From an uncultured Verrucomicrobiae bacterium (GTDB taxonomy: Bacteria > Verrucomicrobiota > Verrucomicrobiia > Chthoniobacterales > JAFAMB01): a DNA stretch of 64,000 nucleotides. A model generated the notes under the pieces. That model was given only the letters and a program-made list of their open reading frames with translations. It was not told the DNA's origin and did not search any database. The stretch is from the NCBI GenBank assembly GCA_963837955.1, contig CAWIPH010000002.1, forward strand, positions 4,480,001-4,544,000, given 5' to 3'. Shown here piece after piece: positions 54,807 through 64,000 of the stretch. A program made the translations under genes and the position numbers. Position 1 is the stretch's first letter. Every line of letters begins with the position of its first letter.

Positions 54807-55570
54807 ATCACTCGATATCTAACATCCTTGTGCTCCTCCTTTGCCTTTCGGGGTGCGCAGTTGCAGAAGACCGTTCGGCCGCCAAAGCTGTTCCTGTCCA
54901 TACTTCGGACTCCGATCTCGCGGATGTCCCCGTGTCGAAGACGAACGATCCCTGGCAGCGTTTGAACCGGACCACTTTCCGTTTCAACGACGGACTCACC
55001 ACTTACGCGTTGCGTCCGGTGGCACACGGATACGCAGCGATTGTGCCTCGACCTGTCCGCACCGGGATCACCAACTTCTTCGATAACCTGAATTATCCGG
55101 TCCGTTTCATTAATTCGGTTCTCCAGGGCAAAATCACCCGCTCAGCTCAAGAAACCGGCAAGTTCGTCGTCAACAGCACGGCGGGCGTCGGAGGTTTGAT
55201 TCGTGTTTCCGATCACATATCGAGTCTCGCGGATGTTCCGGCGGAAGACTTTGGGCAAACTCTCGGGGTCTGGGGTTTTTGCCCCGGGCCTTACATTGTG
55301 ATCCCCGTCCTTGGCCCCTCGGATTGCCGTGATGCGATCGGTTTCGCCGGCGACTACGCCATGAACCCGCTCAACTGGCACTCTCTTGGCATCATTCACC
55401 ACGCGTTCATACCTAATACTGTCAGCATCGCTCTTTCGGCGACAAAGTTTGTCAACGGGCTCCCTAAATCCGTCGATTCCTACGACCAGCTGAAAGCCGA
55501 GGCTGTCGATCCATACGTCGCGATGCGTGACGCTTATCTGAGTTACCGGGCCGCCCAAGTGAAAAAGTAA
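54803..55570 (+). CDS. mlaA: MlaA/VacJ lipoprotein
   Basis: Lipobox LSGC; DPWQRLNR, EDFGQTLG and DPY..MRDAY motifs. Confidence 0.9.
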   Translation: MNHSISNILVLLLCLSGCAVAEDRSAAKAVPVHTSDSDLADVPVSKTNDPWQRLNRTTFRFNDGLTTYALRPVAHGYAAIVPRPVRTGITNFFDNLNYPVRFINSVLQGKITRSAQETGKFVVNSTAGVGGLIRVSDHISSLADVPAEDFGQTLGVWGFCPGPYIVIPVLGPSDCRDAIGFAGDYAMNPLNWHSLGIIHHAFIPNTVSIALSATKFVNGLPKSVDSYDQLKAEAVDPYVAMRDAYLSYRAAQVKK

Positions 55571-55832
55571 ACAGGGCGAAGCTGGCGAGGCGCATAGCAG
55601 ATAGCAGATAGATCCATTGGGCCCAGATTCCGGAATTGGGAATCGTTCTCGTCGTCGTGCTCGTCCTCGATTCTTTGAGATCCTACATACTGCGGAGCCC
55701 GAAAGCTTAAACACCCAAGTGAAATCTCACGCAAAGATTAGGTGAGAGGAGAGTAGACGCATCTTCCTGGTGTAGAATGCAGGAGCTTGGGGCTTCGCAG
55801 ATAGAAGCCGCGGCTGTCCTCCCCGATTCGGT

Positions 55833-55951
55833 TATCGGCTATCGGCTATCGGCTATCGGCTATCGGCTATCGGCTATCGGCTATCGGCTATCGGCTATCG
55901 GCTATCGGCTATCGGCTATCGGCTATCGGCTATCGGCTATCGGCTATCGGC
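55833..55951. repeat. Perfect heptamer array (TATCGGC)x17
   Basis: 119 bp of exact 7-mer repeats, followed by TATTTGC TATTTTGC TATGCGTTTCGCC. Confidence 0.95.
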
Positions 55952-56041
55952 TATTTGCTATTTTGCTATGCGTTTCGCCGGGTTGCGCGGTCGTGATTTA
56001 CGGGTGACAATCAGGGAGCAGAACGTCGAGGTTCCAAGCCA

Positions 56042-57205
56042 GTGCCTACCCCCGGCAAATTCGCGTTTGATTTTTCAAAATACCCTGAGAGCGGCCTCGT
56101 ACTAATAATCGTCGCCCTCGGGTTGGTGTTGGCGATTTTTGGCGGCTCGGTGCAAATGCCGAGATTCGAGACGACTCCTGACGGTAAACGCCAACGAGCT
56201 CTGGTGACCAACGCTGAAGGTCAGCAAGTGCCTGCCTTCGATTCGGCCAACAAATTCTTCAATGCCCCAACGATTGTGCAGATCGCCAAGGACACGAGCT
56301 TTTTCGCCATTATGGCCGTCGGAATGACGGTGGTCATTATCACGGGCGGGATCGATCTGTCCGTCGGGGCGATCTACGCACTGGCCTCGGTGTGCGGGGC
56401 CCTGGTGCTGTCGCCCTATGGCCCGTCCGGAGGCGGCGTTGCGACCGTGCTCGGCGTGATCGTAACAATCGGCGTCGGCACGCTGCTTGGTTTTTTCAAC
56501 GGCGTAATGATTACGGCGTTCAGAGTGCATTCGTTCATCATCACGCTCGGGACGATGGCGATCTATCGCGGTATTGCTTTTGTCCAGACCGGCGGTCAGT
56601 CGATCGGTGGATTTCCATCCGCTTTTCGGCAATTCGTGCGCTGGGAGCTACTGCCAGGTCTGAGCTTGGTGCCTCTCATCGTGATGATCATTGTCGCCAT
56701 TGTTGGGGGAATTTTACTCTCCAAAATGGCAGTTGGTCGCAGGTTGTATGCGATTGGGGGTAACGAAATTGCCAGCCGCTTCAGTGGCATCCGAGTGGGC
56801 CGGGTTAAGCTGCTGGCTTACACTCTGACCGGATTAACCGCCGGCATCGCTGCCGTTTTGTCTCTCGGATACTACGGTGCCGGCTCTTCGGGCGATGGCC
56901 AAGGCTACGAGCTGAACGTGATTGCCGCGGCGGTGGTCGGCGGGGCCAGCCTCATTGGGGGCAAAGGGACAGCGCTCGGGGCGCTGCTCGGCGCCATCAT
57001 TCTCCAGATGATCTCCAACGGGTTGGTGATCCTGGATATTCCGCAGAATTACAGCCAAATCGTCATCGGGTTGGTCGTGATTGCTGCGGTGCTGTTCGAC
57101 CAGCTCAACAACTGGCTGACGAAGCGTCGTTTGCTAGCCAGAACGAGTGCTATAAAGAAAGTCGTTCCGGCAGGCGACACTCCCGTTCCAACCACCAATG
57201 CGTAA
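56042..57205 (+). CDS. Monosaccharide ABC permease (RbsC-like)
   Basis: GGIDLSVGA, FIITLG and YELNVIAAAVVGGASL motifs. Confidence 0.9.
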   Translation: MPTPGKFAFDFSKYPESGLVLIIVALGLVLAIFGGSVQMPRFETTPDGKRQRALVTNAEGQQVPAFDSANKFFNAPTIVQIAKDTSFFAIMAVGMTVVIITGGIDLSVGAIYALASVCGALVLSPYGPSGGGVATVLGVIVTIGVGTLLGFFNGVMITAFRVHSFIITLGTMAIYRGIAFVQTGGQSIGGFPSAFRQFVRWELLPGLSLVPLIVMIIVAIVGGILLSKMAVGRRLYAIGGNEIASRFSGIRVGRVKLLAYTLTGLTAGIAAVLSLGYYGAGSSGDGQGYELNVIAAAVVGGASLIGGKGTALGALLGAIILQMISNGLVILDIPQNYSQIVIGLVVIAAVLFDQLNNWLTKRRLLARTSAIKKVVPAGDTPVPTTNA

Positions 57206-58469
57206 TCGTTCCTCCCTGATCGCGCTTGCTTCGCTCCTCGCTCTGGTGCAGGCGCCTCTGGCCTCGCAGGCGGCTAGCGAACCCAAGCTGGAAGTCTTTT
57301 CCTGGTGGACTTCGGGCGGTGAAGCAGCCGCACTTGATGCGTTATTCCATGTCTACAAAGAGCAGTACGCCGGCGTTGAAATTGTCAATGCTACCGTGGC
57401 GGGCGGCGGCGGCTCCGCGGCTCGACCCGTTTTGCAAACTCGTCTGTCCGGAGGTAATCCACCCGACAGCTGGCAAACCCATCCCGGCTGGGAATTGCTT
57501 GGTCAGTACGTTGACCCCGGCTACTGCGAGCCGATTACCGATCTCTACAAGAGTGACGGATGGGATAAATCTTTTCCGAAGGAGTTGGTAGTAAACTTGA
57601 TGACCAAGGATCGAAAGATCTATGCCGTACTCGCCGGCATCCATCGGGGGAACGTCCTTTGGTACAATACGAAGCTGCTCCAAAAGAACGGGATCAAGGT
57701 CGGCAAGACGATGTCCTTCGAGGAGTTCTTCGCGGCGTGTGACAAGCTCAAAGCAGCGGGAATTCCTGCTCTGGGCGTCGGTGATTCAGGGATTTGGGCC
57801 TCGGCCCAGCTCTTTGAGAACACGTTGCTTGGCATCATCGGACCAAAAGGCTGGACGGATTTGTTCAGCGGTACCATGCAATGGGACGATCCGAAGGTGA
57901 AAGAGGCGATGAAGCTGTTCGCGAAAATGCAGGATTACGTCAATCCGGACCATGCAGCTTTGAGTTGGGATCAGGCCATTAAAGCACTGATGGAAGGTAG
58001 GGTAGCATTTAGTTCCATGGGTGATTGGGCCGATGGCGAATTTCTCAAGGCTAGTATGAAAGAGAAAGATGATTTCGGTTGGGTGAGTCATCCCGGAACA
58101 GACGGTGCATTTGTCATCGTTGCTGACGGTTTCGCAGTAGCCAAAAGTGCTCCGCACAAGGAAGCGGCTTTGGCCTGGTTAAAGAGCATCGGCAGCAAGG
58201 AAGCGCAGGAAGCATTCAACCGGTTAAAGGGCTCGATACCGGCCCGAACCGATGTCGATCGTTCGAAGTTCGACCGGTACCATCAATGGTCCATGGATTC
58301 GTTTGCCAGGGATAAATTGGTGGCGAGCTGTGTCCATGGCGAAGCTGCTCCGGCAGCTTTTCAACAGGCATTGAATGATGGAGTGACCGCTTTCATTGTG
58401 GATAAGAACGTTGACAATTTTGCTAACGCGCTGGTGCGAGCGGCCAGAGAGTTCCCGTCGGCGAAATAG
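57198..58469 (+). CDS. Family 1 sugar-binding protein (glucose-binding type)
   Basis: LEVFSWWTSGGEAAAL, HRGN, MGDW and KGSIPAR motifs; signal peptide. Confidence 0.88.
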   Translation: MRNRSSLIALASLLALVQAPLASQAASEPKLEVFSWWTSGGEAAALDALFHVYKEQYAGVEIVNATVAGGGGSAARPVLQTRLSGGNPPDSWQTHPGWELLGQYVDPGYCEPITDLYKSDGWDKSFPKELVVNLMTKDRKIYAVLAGIHRGNVLWYNTKLLQKNGIKVGKTMSFEEFFAACDKLKAAGIPALGVGDSGIWASAQLFENTLLGIIGPKGWTDLFSGTMQWDDPKVKEAMKLFAKMQDYVNPDHAALSWDQAIKALMEGRVAFSSMGDWADGEFLKASMKEKDDFGWVSHPGTDGAFVIVADGFAVAKSAPHKEAALAWLKSIGSKEAQEAFNRLKGSIPARTDVDRSKFDRYHQWSMDSFARDKLVASCVHGEAAPAAFQQALNDGVTAFIVDKNVDNFANALVRAAREFPSAK

Positions 58470-59284
58470 CGGGCGAAAGATTAAAGACAGAAGAAAAATC
58501 TCACGCAAAGACGCCAAGGCGCAAAGATGAGGATGTGATTGGTGATTAGTGAACGGAACACGGCGTACGGCAGGGCTGAGCTTGTCGAAAGTCGTGAGCT
58601 CAACCGAACGGCGGAATTCAGCAACCACGAAAAGACACGAAATAGCGGTTGTTGCGCAGAAATCATCTCCAGCCCGACCACCGTCTCCTGCATCCTAAAT
58701 ACTAAATCCTAGCTCCTACCTCCTATCTTCCTTCACAAAAGATCGCAAAGAACACGAAGACTTTTTGAACAGAAGGTAGCAAAGGAAGCAAAGGTTGGTC
58801 GAAGCGAATGACAAATGACCGAATGACAAATTGGCAAATTGAGTGAGAAACGCCAAAGGCGTAACAGGACTCAGCCGATGTCCCATCCGGTTATTTCAAT
58901 AGGTCCGTCAGGGCTTCATTTGCTATCTGCTATTTGCTATTTGTCATGCGCTTCGCCCGGAGGCTTTGCGGAACCCTGGGTCAGGTTCCAAATAACGCGT
59001 GTCGCTCTGACTTGTCCCGCCGAAGGCCTTGCGAAGGAGGAAAGAGCGTGAGAACCCGCTCCGCCCACCAAACGACGAGATCGCAGAAAAACACGCTCAC
59101 ACGGAGTCGGAAAAGAATATTTTGAACAGAAGGTAGCAAAGGCTTCGACCTGAGCTCAGCCGAAGGGTAAGCAAAGTTCAGAACATTCTAGATTCTAAAT
59201 TCCAGATTCTGAATTCTAGATGCGCTTCCCCTCTTTGCGGCTTGGCGTCTTTGCGTGAGATTTTTGTTCCGTCTTTGCGTGAGA

Positions 59285-59737
59285 TCATTTTGCTCTTTTC
59301 GATCGTTTCGCACTAGCCAAGGATTTCAATGCGCGAGCAGCCTTTGCTGCATCCTCGTTTCCATCAAAGCCAAGGTAGGCCACAAACTTCCGGCCGACGA
59401 CGGCTCCGGAGACACCGCGCAGGTTCACTCCTGAATCGGCAATGGCTGAGATGATCCGAGACCCGACGCCGGGTGCATCGTCACCCTCTACTTTCAATGT
59501 CGCAAGCTTTTCAGCAGGTGCGAGACCTTCTGCTTTAGCGGCTTTTCGAACATTAGGACCCTTGACGGGTGTGAGAAATGCAACGCCTTTGCCAGTTTTT
59601 GAGGGATCGCGCCGAGCAATCACGCATTCCAGGTTGGCACCCGCGCCACCAACTGCTCCTAAGAGTTTCGCGAGGCCGCCGGGCTTGTCTTCGATTTGGG
59701 CGGCCCAAACATCCACTTTCGTGACGGTCAGGTTCAT
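59285..59737 (-). CDS. ACT-domain protein
   Basis: EDKPGGLA..L…GANLE and a second unit DAPGVG..I…GVNL. Confidence 0.75.
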   Translation of the reverse strand: MNLTVTKVDVWAAQIEDKPGGLAKLLGAVGGAGANLECVIARRDPSKTGKGVAFLTPVKGPNVRKAAKAEGLAPAEKLATLKVEGDDAPGVGSRIISAIADSGVNLRGVSGAVVGRKFVAYLGFDGNEDAAKAARALKSLASAKRSKRAK

Positions 59738-60133
59738 AGAATATCGCCTCCTTTGGGGGGAATTAAATCTAAATGGTCGAACCACTGGGGCAAGCTAATT
59801 CCACATCATAGACGCATCTTCCAGGTGCGGATCACCACCGCCTTTCGTTGATGCATGTAATTCACGCCGAAGGCGTAACAGGACTCAGCCCAGGGTGGAG
59901 GCTTTGCGCAACCCTGGGTTAGATCCCAAAAAGAGCGAACGCTCTGTAGGAGCGCAAGAAAAGGGCCGAGATCGCGGAAAACAGGCTCAGACAGGGCAGG
60001 CAAAGAATATTTTGAACAGAAGGTAGCAAAGGAAGCAAAGGTTCGACGACCCTCCAGCTGCTGAATTCCAACTTCTCAACAATTTGTCATCTGTCATTCG
60101 CCTCGCTATCTGCTATCTGCTGTGGCCGCCTGA

Positions 60134-60508
60134 TCACCGGGTATTGTCGGGGGTTGCAACCTGTGGATCAATGGGCCTTACTTCGACGGACAAGCCGTGG
60201 TCTAGACATGGGTTGCCTTGGGCGATTTGCACCGCCTCGTCGAGATTGCTAGCGAGAATGAACCAGTAACCGCCGATTACTTCTTTGGATTCGCCGAAAG
60301 GGCCGTCTGTTGTCATACTTTTCCGCCCGATCGTTTTACCTTCGTACGTAAGCCGTTGCCCGCGTTTCATCTTCCCCTCGTCAACTAATTGATCAAGCCA
60401 GGCGTAGAATTGGTCGATCACGTTCTGTTTTTCTTTCCGTGGGAGCGTGCTGTCCCACTGTCCCCGGGACATTACCAGGAATTCGGCTGGAGGAGGTTGT
60501 TCGCTCAT
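60134..60508 (-). CDS. YciI/DGPF-family protein
   Basis: TDGPFGESKEVIGGYW signature. Confidence 0.88.
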   Translation of the reverse strand: MSEQPPPAEFLVMSRGQWDSTLPRKEKQNVIDQFYAWLDQLVDEGKMKRGQRLTYEGKTIGRKSMTTDGPFGESKEVIGGYWFILASNLDEAVQIAQGNPCLDHGLSVEVRPIDPQVATPDNTR

Positions 60509-60544
60509 AATGGTTTGCCTTGCAGATTAGCCGGAAGAAAGATC

Positions 60545-61235
60545 TCACGCAAAGACGCCAAGCCGCGAAGAAGAGGAAGTGAGATGTGATTGGTGATCAG
60601 TGATCGGAGCGGCGTGATAGATCGAGCTTTCGCCGACGCATTTTTGCTGAATCTAGAGAAAAAGCCCCTAAAGACCGCAGAGAAGTCTTTCTTTGCTTCC
60701 TTTGCTACCTTCTGTTTAAAAAGTCTTCGTGGTCTCTGCGATCTTCGGTGAATAGGCGTTTAAGGATAGGGTCACGTCTTTTAACACGCACGCAAAGACG
60801 CCAAGCCGCAAAGAAAGGGAAGTGAGATGTGATTGGTGATTAGTGATCAGTGAACGGAGCGGCGTGATAGATCGAGCTTCCGCTGACGCATTTTTGCTGA
60901 ATCTACTGAAAAGCCCCCAAAGACCACAGAGAAGTCTTTCTTTGCTTCCTTTGCTACCTTCTGTTTAAAAAGTCTTCGTGGTCTCTGCGATCTTCTGTGA
61001 ATGGGCGTTAACGGATAGGGTCACGTCTTTGAACACGCACGCAAAGACGCCAAGACGCAAAGAGAGGAAGTCAGATGTGATTAGTGAACGGAGCGGCATG
61101 GTAGATCGAGCTTCCGCCGACGCATTTTTACTGAATCTACTGAAAAAGCCCCAAAGACCACAGAGAAGTCTTTCTTTGCTTCCTTTGCTACCTTCTGTTT
61201 TAAAAAGTCTTCGTGGTCTTTGCGATCTTCTGTGA
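60545..61235. repeat. Tandem triplication of a roughly 245-bp composite repeat unit
   Basis: Units start near 60548, 60789 and 61039; each contains GATCGAGCTT.CGC.GACGCATTTTT and CTTTGCTTCCTTTGCTACCTTCTGTTT. Confidence 0.85.
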
Positions 61236-61687
61236 GGTCGGAAGTTCGGCCCTATCGGGTGCCGTGTTCCGTTCACCAATTCACCTCTCACTTCTCCTCT
61301 TGGCGTGCGTGTTAAAGGGTGACCCTATCCATTAGATGGCTATTCACAGAAGACCGCAAAGACCACGAAGATTTTTTAAACAGAAGGTAGCAAAGGAAGC
61401 AAAGGTCCTCGCCTTGAGCGATCGACGAGCTCTCGATTTCGACGAGTTCAGCCGAGCCGCCGAGCGCTCACCCAAACGGTGGAATTCTCTATGCTCTTTG
61501 TGTTCTTTTGCGGCTATTTAATGTTTTAGACGTGACCTCATTTTAGAACCTTGCTGCCGCACGTCGCTCCGTTCACCAATCATCAATCACCTCTCACTTT
61601 CCCCTTTGCGGCTTGGCGCCCGCCCGCATCGCTACGCGAAGCGTTGCGGGCAGGTCTTTGCGTGAGATCTTTCTTCGATCTGGAAAG

Positions 61688-63286
61688 ATGGACGCGTCGT
61701 CGACTATCGATACTGAGGTTCTGATTGTTGGTGCAGGTCCAACCGGCTTGGTGTTGGCCCTGTGGCTGACGCGATTAGGGGTGCGCGTGAGGGTCATCGA
61801 CAAGACGGCCGAGCCGGGAACAACATCGCGTGCGCTCGCGGTGCAGGCACGCACGCTCGAGTTCTATGGCCAGATCGGTCTGGCTGACGAGGTCGTCGAA
61901 CGTGGACAGCGGGTCGCCGCCGCGAATCTGTGGGTGGCCGGCCGGCAGGTGGCACGGGCTGTATTCGGCGACATGGGCGTGGGCATCAGTCCATATTCCT
62001 ACGCGCTCGTCTATCCGCAAGACGAGCACGAGCGGTTATTAGTCGATCGCCTCACCGAGCTCGGCGTCCATGTCGAGCGTCGCACCGAGCTTTCGCACTT
62101 CGAAGATACGACCGATTGCGTGCTCGCGCATCTTGAGCGGTCCGACGGACAGCTGGAAACGTGCAAGTCCGCCTACTTGGCCGGCTGCGACGGCGCACGC
62201 TCTACGATACGCGAAACGCTCAATATCGGGTTTCCCGGCGGCACGTACACTCACCTGTTTTATGTTGCCGACGTCGACGCGAGCGGAACGGCGACGAACG
62301 GTGAGTTGCACGTCGCTCTCGACCGGACCGATTTTCTTGCCGTGTTTCCGCTGAAGGGTAAAGGGCGCGCTCGACTCGTTGGCACCGTACGGGAAGACGC
62401 CGAGCACCAGCACGAGAACCTGTCGTGGGACGACGTTAGCAAGTCGGTGATCGAGTGGCTGCACATCGATGTCGCGCGCGTGAATTGGTTTTCGACTTAT
62501 CGTGTGCATCATCGGGTCGCCAACCGGTTCTCCGAAGGTCGCGCGTTTCTGCTCGGCGACGCGGCCCACATTCACAGTCCCGTGGGCGGACAAGGCATGA
62601 ATACGGGCATTGGCGACGCGGTGAACCTGGCCTGGAAACTTGCTGCTGTCCTGCACGGGCGAGCGAAGCCGGCTCTCCTCGACAGCTACGAACCAGAACG
62701 GATCGCCTTTGCTCGGCGCCTCGTGGCGACCACTGATCAAGCTTTCACCGGCGTGACGAGCGAAGGCGCGATCGCGCGCGCACTGCGACTACACATCGTG
62801 CCATTCCTCATTCCGTTGCTTTTCGCATTCCGGGCGACCCGACGCCTCATGTTTCGTACGGTCTCGCAAACGGCGGTGAACTATCGCACGAGCACGTTGA
62901 GTCAAGGACGCGCCGGAAGGGTGCACGGCGGAGACCGCTTACCATGGGCTAAGACGAGTTCGGGTGGACTCGAGGGCGACAACTTCAAGCCGCTGACATC
63001 GCTAGACTGGCAGGCACACGTCTATGGCAACGCCGGGCCCGAGATTCGGGCAATATGTGAACAGCGACGGTTGCCGCTGCACGTTTTCGGTTGGCAGCGA
63101 GCTATGGGCCGGAGCGGCCTGCGACGCGATGCCGTTTATCTCGTACGGCCAGACGGCTACGTGGCCATGGCGGATCGTGAGGGTCGCGCCGACGCGCTCA
63201 CGTCCTATTTCGACACGCATCAAATCACCCCGACTGGATCGGAGCGGAACGAACATCAGCCGGCAGACAGCGGCCGAAGCGCATGA
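61688..63286 (+). CDS. FAD-dependent monooxygenase (PheA/TfdB-like)
   Basis: GAGPTG, GCDGARS, LLGDAAHIHSPVGGQGMN and LVRPDGYV motifs. Confidence 0.92.
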   Translation: MDASSTIDTEVLIVGAGPTGLVLALWLTRLGVRVRVIDKTAEPGTTSRALAVQARTLEFYGQIGLADEVVERGQRVAAANLWVAGRQVARAVFGDMGVGISPYSYALVYPQDEHERLLVDRLTELGVHVERRTELSHFEDTTDCVLAHLERSDGQLETCKSAYLAGCDGARSTIRETLNIGFPGGTYTHLFYVADVDASGTATNGELHVALDRTDFLAVFPLKGKGRARLVGTVREDAEHQHENLSWDDVSKSVIEWLHIDVARVNWFSTYRVHHRVANRFSEGRAFLLGDAAHIHSPVGGQGMNTGIGDAVNLAWKLAAVLHGRAKPALLDSYEPERIAFARRLVATTDQAFTGVTSEGAIARALRLHIVPFLIPLLFAFRATRRLMFRTVSQTAVNYRTSTLSQGRAGRVHGGDRLPWAKTSSGGLEGDNFKPLTSLDWQAHVYGNAGPEIRAICEQRRLPLHVFGWQRAMGRSGLRRDAVYLVRPDGYVAMADREGRADALTSYFDTHQITPTGSERNEHQPADSGRSA

Positions 63287-63409
63287 CGGGCGAAGCGCAT
63301 AGCAGATAGCAGGCGAAGCGCATGACAAATGACAGATGACAAATTGCTAAGAGGCTGAATCCAGAAGCTGGAATTGATTGAAAGCAGAACAGCGAACGCG
63401 GTTCGTTGT

Positions 63410-63814
63410 TCAATGGGTTACCGTTATGGAAAGTCCGGGTTGCAGTGAGTTGGCTACCGTCGAGATCGCTACCGCTCGCTCGATCAGAGCCTCCACGTCG
63501 GTCTTCTTATCGGCTGCGGCGACGCGCACCGCAATTTCGGCGGCAGTGGCTAGCGTGGGATTCCCTTCAAGCCGGACCGTGACATCTACTTCAACCGTTA
63601 AGAGCTGAACGCCAAGGTCATGAGCAACATACCGCAGATCGTTGCATAGGCATCCCCCGATAGCTAATCCCAGCAATTGTCCGCCATTGAATCCGAGCCC
63701 TTTTCCTCCGGCCTTGCCCTCAGCTCGATCAACAATGAGCGTATGGGATCCGGCCCAGCCGAGAGCTGCTTCGGTCCCGTGCACGTTGCGCAATTGGACG
63801 GTTATCTCTGCCAT
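63410..63814 (-). CDS. OsmC-family protein
   Basis: GGKGLGFNGGQLLGLAIGGC and STVANSL motifs. Confidence 0.75.
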   Translation of the reverse strand: MAEITVQLRNVHGTEAALGWAGSHTLIVDRAEGKAGGKGLGFNGGQLLGLAIGGCLCNDLRYVAHDLGVQLLTVEVDVTVRLEGNPTLATAAEIAVRVAAADKKTDVEALIERAVAISTVANSLQPGLSITVTH

Positions 63815-64000
63815 CGCAGCGAATGACTAATAGCGGGCGAAGCGCATCGCAAATGACAAATGACAGGCGAAGCGCATAGCAGATGACAAATAGCAGATAG
63901 CCAAGCTGATGACAGATGACAACACACCGAAGGTGTAAGATAACTTAGCCCAGGGTGGAGGCTTTGCGGAACCCTGGGTCAGGGTGAAGTGTAACGGAAC

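Larger units (their letters stand above)
1..64000. repeat. Dispersed modular intergenic repeat mosaics (dozens of copies; nearly absent from about 35.4-49.7 kb)
   Basis: Recurring modules: GCGAAGCGCA+(TGACARA/TAGCARA)n; ATCTCACGCAAAGACGCCAAGACGCAAAG; AACAGAAGGTAGCAAAGGAAGCAAAG; ACTCAGCCCAGGGTGGAGGCTTTGCGGAACCCTGGGT; GTAGGGCTGAGCTCCCGCTCGGCCGG; GTGATTGGTGAACGGAGCG; TTCTAAATTCCAAATTC. Examples at 3345-3580, 7264-7830, 13350-14040, 20130-20740, 32850-33730 and 58495-59285. Confidence 0.9.

Noticed and set aside
55777..56007. ORF with (GYRLSAI)n repeats as a RiPP-like precursor
   Set aside because: It is only the translation of a perfect 7-nt DNA repeat with no synonymous variation.
60545..61235. 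Possible CRISPR array
   Set aside because: Whole units repeat with no unique spacers, and no cas genes are in the window.
3209..63328. Many short ORFs containing SSVICHL, AICYLL, MTNDK, ASLREI or FASWRLCVR
   Set aside because: These are translations of the intergenic repeat modules in various frames.
1..64000. Integron cassette array
   Set aside because: No tyrosine recombinase, genes lie in both orientations, and no consistent RYYYAAC…GTTRRRY attC boundaries were seen.
1..64000. tRNA, rRNA or riboswitch
   Set aside because: None was recognised by eye; an Infernal or tRNAscan run would be needed to exclude them.

Overview
Bacterial, Gram-negative DNA (PEP-CTERM protein, mlaEFDCA operon). 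Verrucomicrobia/Chthoniobacterales-like origin is an inference only. Many clearly conserved genes carry single-base frameshifts, which looks like uncorrected long-read error, so most split genes are not called pseudogenes. The window has two regimes. (1) In the flanks (about 1-35.3 kb and 49.7-64 kb), mostly unrelated single genes and short operons sit between dense mosaics of a few reused repeat modules: a GCGAAGCGCA anchor followed by heptamer arrays, ACGCMAAG 9-mer runs, and REP-like hairpins. The genes there include an acyltransferase, VapBC, GH2, a PEP-CTERM protein, a metallophosphoesterase, an M15 peptidase, patatin, an SDR, RclC/AraC, a glycosidase with LacI, sugar ABC genes, Xre-RES, Mla, a flavin monooxygenase and OsmC. 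The anchor overlaps the last codons of nine CDSs, and five genes are cut at or beside a repeat. (2) A roughly 14 kb island (about 35.9-49.7 kb) almost lacks those mosaics. It carries a complete His-Xaa-Ser radical-SAM locus (hxsA-D-B-C, with hxsD missed by the ORF track) plus a coupled SAM methyltransferase, a ParA/unknown/NucS-like nuclease operon, two HNH endonucleases (SBD-like and SRA-like), and an NDT/TIR-like P-loop ATPase with a putative nuclease. No rRNA, tRNA, CRISPR array, integrase or intact transposase was recognised.
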